Source: Flectonema sp. DT1601 (Eukaryota). Taken from it: a stretch of 64,000 nt of DNA. Position 1 is the stretch's first letter, and every line of letters starts with the position of its first letter. The stretch covers positions 496,001-560,000 of the forward strand of contig OZ025787.1 in the NCBI GenBank assembly GCA_964019425.1. Direction: 5' to 3'. Made by a program: the position numbers and the translations under genes. Of the stretch, positions 23,726 through 32,410 are shown in pieces. The notes under the pieces are model-generated. The model saw only the letters and a program-made list of their open reading frames with translations, did no database searches and was not told the origin of the DNA.

Positions 23726-24988
23726 AAAGGAATGATAGTGACATTTTCTTTAATTAGATGATGTTAGTTCTATACAGTTTGTTCCTTGGTAAGATTACAA
23801 GAGTATATTTTTATTTGTTTCCATCTAATTAATTTGTCTATCTACTTTGCACATTGCTATTTGAAAAATATCTGTCTGCCGTTTTCGAATGCTTTGTGGA
23901 TTTCGACTTTTTGAAGTTTCTTTTTTTCTTTTTCGTTTCGGGAATCACGAATTTAATTGAATTTAATCTTTTTGCAACCATCGCAAAGAGAAATGTGAAT
24001 CAAACTCATATTTCGGCAAGTTAATTTTAACTTGTTGTTTCTAACATTTTATAAGAACCTCATTAATTAAGTTCTTATTGTAGAGGAAATTAAGCCACTG
24101 TTTTCTTTGGCATGTTATCTCCCAAGTTATTGAATAATATTTCCTCCCTTTTGTTTAACTAGGTCACAGGCCAAGTTTATTGATTTATATTATCCTCTCT
24201 TTTCTATTTCTGATGTCTTTACATTCGAATTCTTTGAGGAAATTAATTTTTATAAGTTTTCTCTTATTGAATTGAATTTCATTGCGACGAGCTCTTCTGG
24301 TTGTTGGTCTTCCACAACTAAATTGTTAATCCTCGAAAGTAAATTATAATTCTTCAGTACATTATTTATATTTCAACTTACAGGAAGCTTTCAACACAAG
24401 CTCAGCTGATGTGAAATCTTCGCTTATTTATTGTTTGAATTGATTTCACGACATGAAATAGAGAGCCTTCGGATAATTACTTTCTTTTCTTAGAAAATGC
24501 CCCCTTCAATACAAGGCTACGAAGTATAAAACAACATTGAGGAACTATATTGTAGATGACAAGCATTTGGAGTTTTAAAAACTAATAAAGGTTTGAGATG
24601 ATGTTTTTGAAGTTATAATTTTATGACTGTTGTTCGCTGATAAAACTTTTAACAATATGATATACTTGTACCCCTTTAAAGGGTAATTTCAAAAAATGAA
24701 ACAGAAATAAAGGGTGCCGAAAGAAACGCTTCGTACTTCTGGCGGTGCCATGAGACTCGGACACATCCATAGAATACAGTCTGAGCATGAGTGGAAACCT
24801 TTTTGTTTTTTTATTATTTATTCCCAATAAACATAACTCAGCCCCACTCATTTTGTTGGTATCCCGCGTTCACTGATATTTATACAGGGGGACTGTGTTA
24901 AATGGTGGAAGAAATAACGATGTTGACGTGGTCCCTTGGCTGAGAAGGGCAAACGCGATGAGTAGGACAGGCCTGACACCGCAGTGTC

Positions 24989-25067
24989 CCCCTTACTTTC
25001 TTCGCAGAAGAGAGCTGGGTAAGGGGAATGGTCCGAAGAAAGATTTTTTTATTTTAGCCCGAAACCA
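24989..25067 (+). ncRNA. Rearranged hammerhead-like ribozyme, family B (core mutated to CAGAAGA)
   Basis: Stem I CTTTCTTCG 24996-25004 / CGAAGAAAG 25034-25042. Core 25005-25011. Stem II GAGCTGG / TTAGCCC then GAAA 25061. Stem III TGGT / ACCA, site GTC at 25033. Extra helix CCCCTTA / TAAGGGG. Confidence 0.7.
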
Positions 25068-25362
25068 ACCATTATTTGTTTGTTGTCCTCCGAACTTTTG
25101 CATTCTATTGAATTTTGCCGCCTTCTCCCCTTCTTTTGACTGATAACCATAAATACTAACTAAAAACCTTTAATTTGCATCAAATCCGATTTATTACCCC
25201 TTTAATTTTCCCCCGTACAAGTATGATCCGAGTATTAATTCTGATAATGATTTAGTTATAAGTGAAATGATTAGTTTTAGAATTTTAACATCGCAGAATT
25301 GTAATGTAGATTTTAATTTGTAGCTGACGTCATCTTGCTAATAGTTTCAACTTAAACATAAA

Positions 25363-28300
25363 ATGTGTTCTCGCATGATATTATTTGCGTCGTTGATTGC
25401 CGTTTGTCTTTGTTCTGAAGATATGAATCCTGGTGATTCACGTAGTATGACAGACATGAATCATGGTGATCGTGACGGTGAAAAGTTCGAAGAACGTCTC
25501 GGCGAGAAGCGTGATGGAGAAGAACGTGACGATGAGAAACGCGAAGAACGTCTTGGCGAGAAGCGTGATGAAGAAAACCGTAACGGTGTGAAACGTGAAG
25601 AACGTGACGGTATGAAACGTGAAGAACGTCTTGGCGAGAAGCGTGATGGAGAAGAACGTGACGGTGAGAAACGTGAAGAACGTCTTGGCGAGAAGCGTGA
25701 TGAAGAAAACCGTAACGGTGAGAAACGTGAAGAACGTCTAGGCGAGAAGCGTGACGAAGAAAACCGTAATGGTGAGAAACGTGAAGAACGTGAAGGTGAG
25801 AAACGTGAAGAACGTCTAGGCGAGAAGCGTGATGAAGAAAACCGTGACGGTGAGAAACGTGAAGAACGTATTGGCGAGAAGCGTGATGAAGAAGAACGTG
25901 ACGGTGAGAAACGTGAAGAACGTCTTGGCGAGAAGCGTGATGAAGAAAACCGTGACGGTGTGAAACGTGAAGAACGTGAAGGTGAGAAACGTGAAAAACG
26001 TCTTGGCGAGAAGCGTGATGAAGAAAACCGTGACGGTGAGAAACGTGAAGAACGTGAAGGTGAGAAACGTGAAGAACGTCTTGGCGAGAAGCGTGATGAA
26101 GAAAACCGTAACGGTGAGAAACGTGAAGAACGTGACGGTATGAATCGTGAAGAACGTCTTGGCGAGAAGCGTGATGGAGAAGAACGTGACGGTGAGAAAC
26201 GTGAAGAACGTATTGGCGAGAAGCGTGATGAAGAAAACCGTAATGGTGAGAAACGTGAAGAACGTGAAGGTGAGAAACGTGAAGAACGTCTAGGCGAGAA
26301 GCGTGATGAAGAAAACCGTAATGGTGAGAAACGTGAAGAACGTCTTGGCGAGAAGCGTGATGAAGAAAACCGTAATGGTGAGAAACGTGAAGAGCGTCTT
26401 GGCGAGAAGCGTGATGAAGAAAACCGTAACGGTGAGAAACGTGAAGAACGTGACGGTATGAATCGTGAAGAACGTCTTGGCGAGAAGCGTGATGGAGAAG
26501 AACGTGACGGTGAGAAACGTGAAGAACGTATTGGCGAGAAGCGTGATGGAGAAGACCGTGACGGTGAGAAACGTGAAGAACGTATTGGCGAGAAGCGTGA
26601 TGAAGAAGACCGTGACGGTGAGAAACGTGAAGAACGTATTGGCGAGAAGCGTGATGAAGAAGAACGTGACGGTGAGAAACGTGAAGAACGTATTGGCGAG
26701 AAGCGTGATGAAGAAGAACGTGACGGTGAGAAACGTGAAGAACGTGACGGTATGAATCGTGAAGAACGTCTTGGCGAGAAGCGTGATGGAGAAGAACGTG
26801 ACGGTGAGAAACGTGAAGAACGTATTGGCGAGAAGCGTGATGAAGAAGACCGTGACGGTGAGAAACGTGAAGAACGTATTGGCGAGAAGCGTGATGAAGA
26901 AGAACGTGACGGTGAGAAACGTGAAGAACGTATTGGCGAGAAGCGTGATGAAGAAGAACGTGACGGTGAGAAACGTGAAGAACGTATTGGCGAGAAGCGT
27001 GATGAAGAAGAACGTGACGGTGAGAAACGTGAAGAACGTATTGGCGAGAAGCGTGATGAAGAAAACCGTGACGGTGTGAAACGTGAAGAACGTGAAGGTG
27101 AGAAACGTGAAGAACGTCTTGGCGAGAAGCGTGATGAAGAAGAACGTGACGGTGAGAAACGTGAAGAACGTGACGGTGAGAAACGTGAAGAACGTATTGG
27201 CGAGAAGCGTGATGAAGAAAACCGTAACGGTGTGAAACGTGAAGAACGTGAAGGTGAGAAACGTGAAGAACGTCTTGGCGAGAAGCGTGATGGAGAAGAA
27301 CGTGACGGTGAGAAACGTGAAGAACGTCTCGGCGAGAAGCGTGATGGAGAAGAACGTGACGGTGAGAAACGCGAAGAACGTCTTGGCGAGAAGCGTGATG
27401 AAGAAAACCGTGACGGTGTGAAACGTGAAGAACGTGAAGGTGAGAAACGTGAAGAACGTCTTGGCGAGAAGCGTGATGGAGAAGAACGTGACGGTGAGAA
27501 ACGCGAAGAACGTCTTGGCGAGAAGCGTGATGAAGAAAACCGTGACGGTGTGAAACGTGAAGAACGTGAAGGTGAGAAACGTGAAGAACGTCTTGGCGAG
27601 AAGCGTGATGAAGAAAACCGTAACGGTGTGAAACGTGAAGAACGTGAAGGTGAGAAACGTGAAGAACGTATTGGCGAGAAGCGTGATGAAGAAAACCGTA
27701 ACGGTGTGAAACGTGAAGAACGTGAAGGTGAGAAACGTGAAGAACGTCTCGGCGAGAAGCGTGATGGAGAAGAACGTGACGGTGAGAAACGTGAAGAACG
27801 TATTGGCGAGAAGCGTGATGAAGAAAACCGTGACGGTGTGAAACGTGAAGAACGTGACGGTGAGAAACGCGAAGAAAGTCTCGGTGAGAAGCGTGATGAA
27901 GAAAACAGTGACGGTGAGAAACGTGAAGAACGTCTAGGCGAGAAGCGTGACGAAGAAAACCGTAACGGTGAGAAACGTGAAGAACGTGACGGTATGAATC
28001 GTGAAGAACGTCTTGGCGAGAAGCGTGATGGAGAAGAACGTGACGGTGAGAAACGTGAAGAACGTATTGGCGAGAAGCGTGATGAAGAAAACCGTGACGG
28101 TGAGAAACGTGAAGAACGTATTGGCGAGAAGCGTGATGAAGAAAACCGTGACGGTGTGAAACGTGAAGAACGTGACGGTGAGAAACGCGAAGAAAGTCTC
28201 GGTGAGAAGCGTGATGAAGAAAACAGTGACGGTGAGAAACGTGAAGAACGTCTAGGCGAGAAGCGTGACGAAGAAAACCGTAACGGTGAGAAACGTGAAG

Positions 28301-29766
28301 AACGTGACGGTATGAATCGTGAAGAACGTCTTGGCGAGAAGCGTGATGGAGAAGAACGTGACGGTGAGAAACGTGAAGAACGTATTGGCGAGAAGCGTGA
28401 TGAAGAAAACCGTGACGGTGAGAAACGTGAAGAACGTATTGGCGAGAAGCGTGACGAAGAAAACCGTAACGGTGAGAAACGTGAAGAACGTGACGGTATG
28501 AATCGTGAAGAACGTCTTGGCGAGAAGCGTGATGGAGAAGAACGTAACGGTGAGAAACGTGAAGAACGTATTGGCGAGAAGCGTGATGAAGAAAACCGTG
28601 ACGGTGAGAAACGTGAAGAACGTCTCGGTGAGAAGCGTGATGAAGAAAACCGTGACGGTGAGAAACGTGAAGAACGTCTCGGTGAGAAGCGTGATGAAGA
28701 AAACCGTGACGGTGTGAAACGTGAAGAACGTGACGGTGAGAAACGCGAAGAAAGTCTCGGTGAGAAGCGTGACGAAGAAAACCGTGTCGGTGAGGAACGT
28801 GAAGATCGTGACGGTGAGAAACGCGAAGAAAGTCTCGGTGAGAAGCCTGATGAAGAAAACCGTGATGGTGAGAAACACGATGAACTTGACGGTGAAAAAC
28901 GTGAAGAACATCTTGGCGAAAACCGTGACGGTGAGAAACGCGGAGAACGTCTCGGCGAGAAGCGTGATGGAGAAGAACGTGACAATGAGAAACGTAAAAA
29001 CCGTGATGGTGAGAAACGTGATGGTGAAAAACGTGATAGTGAGAATCATGATGTAGAAAGAAGAGAAGCACGTGACGATGGAGATTACGAAGAAAGTAAC
29101 AAAGGTAAATATGAACTCTCCAGAAAGTCTTTGCGTACCGTCCTTAAAGTACAGAAGTCACCATCTCAGATAGCATTCGGTCAATTGAGAGACGCTGTTT
29201 TGAAATCAGCCAACCAGAACGGTGTTATCGTGAGGGATGTTGCAATTCTGTTTGCTTGTCCGATTTCCGCATGTGTTTCACTTGTGTGCCCTGATACGGT
29301 TGAGTTAAGAGCTGCTGTTGGATGTGTGGAGGGGAGCGAAAGAGATGTTTCTATTAGTGAGTCAGGTTCATCAATTGTTGAATACCATTTGACGATGGAG
29401 AAGGGAGCGAGTTTCAGCAACGCTGTTGAGAATATTAAATCTGACGTCTCGGCAGTCAGTGACTCTTCGAACAATTCCAATGTATTCACAGGAACGAATG
29501 TTGTGGCTGCCAGTTCTCTTGTTGAAGTAGATCACGACGATGATGGTGATGATGACGACAAGAACAATGTGTTGGTTATTATTGGAAGCATTTGCCTTGT
29601 GCTGCTCACTTGTGTTGTGATCGCTGTTATATACGGCTGTTGCTTCAGAAAGAAGAAATACGAAAAGAGTGACATCGAATCACCAATGTCTTCAGGTAAA
29701 GCATTTGAATTAAAAGACGCTGAGATAGAAGAAGTCATCTTTGAGTCTCGAGAATCCAGAATCTGA
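25363..29766 (+). CDS. Charged-repeat type I membrane protein, paralog 2 (1467 aa)
   Basis: Same N- and C-termini as paralog 1, different repeat mix. Confidence 0.9.
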   Translation: MCSRMILFASLIAVCLCSEDMNPGDSRSMTDMNHGDRDGEKFEERLGEKRDGEERDDEKREERLGEKRDEENRNGVKREERDGMKREERLGEKRDGEERDGEKREERLGEKRDEENRNGEKREERLGEKRDEENRNGEKREEREGEKREERLGEKRDEENRDGEKREERIGEKRDEEERDGEKREERLGEKRDEENRDGVKREEREGEKREKRLGEKRDEENRDGEKREEREGEKREERLGEKRDEENRNGEKREERDGMNREERLGEKRDGEERDGEKREERIGEKRDEENRNGEKREEREGEKREERLGEKRDEENRNGEKREERLGEKRDEENRNGEKREERLGEKRDEENRNGEKREERDGMNREERLGEKRDGEERDGEKREERIGEKRDGEDRDGEKREERIGEKRDEEDRDGEKREERIGEKRDEEERDGEKREERIGEKRDEEERDGEKREERDGMNREERLGEKRDGEERDGEKREERIGEKRDEEDRDGEKREERIGEKRDEEERDGEKREERIGEKRDEEERDGEKREERIGEKRDEEERDGEKREERIGEKRDEENRDGVKREEREGEKREERLGEKRDEEERDGEKREERDGEKREERIGEKRDEENRNGVKREEREGEKREERLGEKRDGEERDGEKREERLGEKRDGEERDGEKREERLGEKRDEENRDGVKREEREGEKREERLGEKRDGEERDGEKREERLGEKRDEENRDGVKREEREGEKREERLGEKRDEENRNGVKREEREGEKREERIGEKRDEENRNGVKREEREGEKREERLGEKRDGEERDGEKREERIGEKRDEENRDGVKREERDGEKREESLGEKRDEENSDGEKREERLGEKRDEENRNGEKREERDGMNREERLGEKRDGEERDGEKREERIGEKRDEENRDGEKREERIGEKRDEENRDGVKREERDGEKREESLGEKRDEENSDGEKREERLGEKRDEENRNGEKREERDGMNREERLGEKRDGEERDGEKREERIGEKRDEENRDGEKREERIGEKRDEENRNGEKREERDGMNREERLGEKRDGEERNGEKREERIGEKRDEENRDGEKREERLGEKRDEENRDGEKREERLGEKRDEENRDGVKREERDGEKREESLGEKRDEENRVGEEREDRDGEKREESLGEKPDEENRDGEKHDELDGEKREEHLGENRDGEKRGERLGEKRDGEERDNEKRKNRDGEKRDGEKRDSENHDVERREARDDGDYEESNKGKYELSRKSLRTVLKVQKSPSQIAFGQLRDAVLKSANQNGVIVRDVAILFACPISACVSLVCPDTVELRAAVGCVEGSERDVSISESGSSIVEYHLTMEKGASFSNAVENIKSDVSAVSDSSNNSNVFTGTNVVAASSLVEVDHDDDGDDDDKNNVLVIIGSICLVLLTCVVIAVIYGCCFRKKKYEKSDIESPMSSGKAFELKDAEIEEVIFESRESRI

Positions 29767-31020
29767 AAAGGATTGATAGTGACATTTTCTTTAATTAGAT
29801 GATGTTAGTTCTATACAGTTTGTTCCTTGGTAAGATTACAAGAGTGTATTTTTATTTGTTTCCATCTAATTAATTTGTCTATCTACTTTGCACATTGCTA
29901 TTTGAAAAATATCTGTCTGCCGTTTTCGAATGCTTTGTGGATTTCGACTTTTTGAAGTTTCTTTTTTTTCTTTTTCGTTTCAGGAATCACGAATTTAATT
30001 GAATTTAATCTTTTTGCAACCATCGCAAAGAGAAATGTGAATCAAACTCATATTTCGGCAAGTTAATTTTAACTTGTTGTTTCTAACATTTTATAAGAAC
30101 CTCATTAATTAAGTTCTTATTGTAGAGGAAATTAAGCCACTGTTTTCTTTGGCATGTTATCTCCCAACTTATTGAATAATATTTCCTCTCTTTTGTTTAA
30201 CTAGGTCACAGGCCAAGTTTATTGATTTATATTATCCTCTCTTTTCTATTTCTGATGTCTTGACATTCGAATTCTTTGAGGAAATTTATTTTTATAAGTT
30301 TTCTCTTATTGAATTGAATTTCATTGCGACGAGCTCTTCTGGTTGTTGGTCTTCCACAACTAAATTGTTAATCCTCGAAAGTAAATTATAATTCTTCAGT
30401 ACATTATTTATATTTTAACTAACAGGAAACTTTCAAAAAATGAAACAGATATAAAGGAGGGCTTTCCCACCCACTTTATTCCCCTTTATTTTGAAGTAAA
30501 AAGAGGTCCGGCGCAGTTATGACCTTAAACTGACTATCATCTTGCCTGATCCTTTTGGTTTTCATTTCTTGCTGAGTGATATTGCTATGTGCCCCCCTCT
30601 TTTATTTTCTTTAGTTGTTTACAAACTGTTAGCCTCTGGGAATGGTGGGAGCTGGAAGTCGATCACTTCCAGCCAAAGCAATAAAACTACAATCTTCGCG
30701 ATTGGTTCCTAACGGATGCTGGCTATCCGGACCTCTCGTAGTCATCAGTTTGTATTTTGCTAACTAAATAACTAAAGGTAAGGGGAATGGTCCGAAGAAA
30801 GATTGTTGAATCTTAGCCCGAAACCAACCATTATTATTTGTTTGTTGTCCTACGAGCCTTTTCATTCGATTGAATTTTCCCACCCTCTCCCCTTCTTTTG
30901 ACTGATAACCATTAATACTAACTAAAAACTGGTCTAGCCCGTCCTGGCGAGCTCCGATGGACATTAGGAAATCAGTTCTTTTGAAATCGACCAAATGATG
31001 GATCCGATTTATTAGTTAAC

Positions 31021-31103
31021 TGGAATGAAGTCCCTAGAACTTACTGATGAAGGCCTAAGAGGGACAAGTAGTATAAGATTAAGGCCTGAAACTACGTATT
31101 CCA
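31021..31103 (+). ncRNA. Rearranged hammerhead ribozyme, family A, copy 1 (intact core)
   Basis: CTTA-CTGATGA(31044-31050)-AGGCCT ... GTAGT-A(31073)-TAAG ... AGGCCT-GAAA(31088)-CTAC. Extra helix GTCCCT/AGGGAC; closing helix TGGAAT/ATTCCA. Confidence 0.82.
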
Positions 31104-31218
31104 CAGTGTATTATGGAACAGCAAAACAATGTGTTTTTGTAATTTTTCTTTGTTATATTTTTATTTTAGTGCACTTTTTTATAATAAACTCAAATTCTGA
31201 CTAAAAACTGGTCCAAGG

Positions 31219-31518
31219 ATGACTCACTTTATTGTTGCGCTAGTCTCATTTGAGTCCATGATCATCCGAGACATTCTTAAAGGCACAAAGGATTTAAGAC
31301 TCCCTTTTGATCATTTTGACAAGATGTACCGAACTACAGAATATAGTTTCCATATGATACCATTAAAAGCTCAGGCTGATATGGATGTTACAATGACACC
31401 TGCGAATATAGGACCTTTGATGGTATGCGAAGATAAAGTAAAACGCAAATTGGATGACGACTCATCCATTAACTCGACTGTAATAGTGAAACGACCAAAC
31501 GTCAAAAATTCAAATTAA
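31219..31518 (+). CDS. Small hypothetical ORF (99 aa) between two hammerhead copies
   Basis: ATG-initiated ORF that nearly fills a ~324-nt insert in the repeat unit; no recognisable family. Confidence 0.3.
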   Translation: MTHFIVALVSFESMIIRDILKGTKDLRLPFDHFDKMYRTTEYSFHMIPLKAQADMDVTMTPANIGPLMVCEDKVKRKLDDDSSINSTVIVKRPNVKNSN

Positions 31519-31598
31519 GCAAAAGCAAATAAACATTGCTAGCCCTATCCTGGCGAGCTCCGATGGATTTTTATCTTAGAACGATAGCAACTTCAACA

Positions 31599-31683
31599 TG
31601 GAATGAAGTCCCTTAGAACTTACTGATGAAGGCCTAGAAAGGGACAAGTAGTATAAGATTAAGGCTCCTGAAACTACGTATTC
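31599..31683 (+). ncRNA. Rearranged hammerhead ribozyme, family A, copy 2 (intact core)
   Basis: CTGATGA 31623-31629, predicted site after A31653, extra helix extended to GTCCCTT/AAGGGAC, CT bulge in stem II. Confidence 0.8.
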
Positions 31684-31914
31684 TATTACCCTTTGATGTT
31701 AGGAAACTGTGGAAATGAATACTTTTCTTTTACTAATCTCTACTTTTCTTATTCTCACTTTTCTGTTCTAAAATTATTGATACTAACTAAAAACTCTCCC
31801 CTTCTTTTGACTGATAACCATTAATACTAACTAACTCCTGGCGAGCTCCGATGGACATTAAGAAATCAGTTCTTTTAAAATAGACCAATTGATGGATCCG
31901 ATTTATTATTTAAC

Positions 31915-32000
31915 TGGAAAGAAGTCCCTAGAACTTACTGATGAAGGCCTAGAAAGGGACAAGTAGTATAAGATTAAGGCTCCTGAAACTACGTATTCCA
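31915..32000 (+). ncRNA. Rearranged hammerhead ribozyme, family A, copy 3 (intact core)
   Basis: CTGATGA 31938-31944, predicted site after A31968, GAAACTAC downstream. Confidence 0.8.
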
Positions 32001-32410
32001 CAGTGTATTATTGAACAGCAGAACAATGTGTTTTTATAACTTTTCTTTTTTATATTCTATTTTAGTGCACTTTTTTTTTATACACTCATATTCTAACTAA
32101 AAACCTTTTGACTGATAACTGATAACCATCTAAGCCAGAAACCTTCTTGTTTGTTGTCCTACGAAATTTTGCTTTTTTTTTGATTGACTGATAATATTTA
32201 ATACTAACTAAAAACCTTTAATTTGCATTAAATCCGATTTATTTCCCCTTTAATTTTCCCCCGTACAAGTATGATCCGAGTATTAATTCTGATAATGATT
32301 TAGTTATAAGTGAAATAATTAGTTTTAGAATTTTAACATCGCGGAATTGTAATGTAGATTTTAATTTGTAGCTGACGTCATCTTGCTAATAGTTTCAACA
32401 TAAACACAAA

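Larger units (their letters stand above)
30777..32215 (+). mobile_element. Tandem cluster of a ribozyme-bearing dispersed repeat (retrozyme-like)
   Basis: 3' half of family B, repeated TTGACTGATAACCATTAATACTAACT linker, TCCTGGCGAGCTCCGATGGA motif x3 and family A hammerhead x3. Related pieces at 24.9-25.2, 53.1-53.4 and 61.6-61.8 kb. Confidence 0.7.

Noticed and set aside
30686..30748. Minus-strand CTGATGA as an antisense hammerhead
   Set aside because: The helix after it is followed by TTTT rather than GAAA, and no stem III was found.
30934..30962. HDV-like ribozyme
   Set aside because: Superficial GTCC...CGATGGAC likeness, but P3, P1.1 and P4 are absent.
31021..31050. Conventional type III hammerhead using the GTC at 31030-31032
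   Set aside because: CCTAGAACTTA cannot form stem I, whereas GTAGTA|TAAG pairs perfectly for both stem III and stem I.
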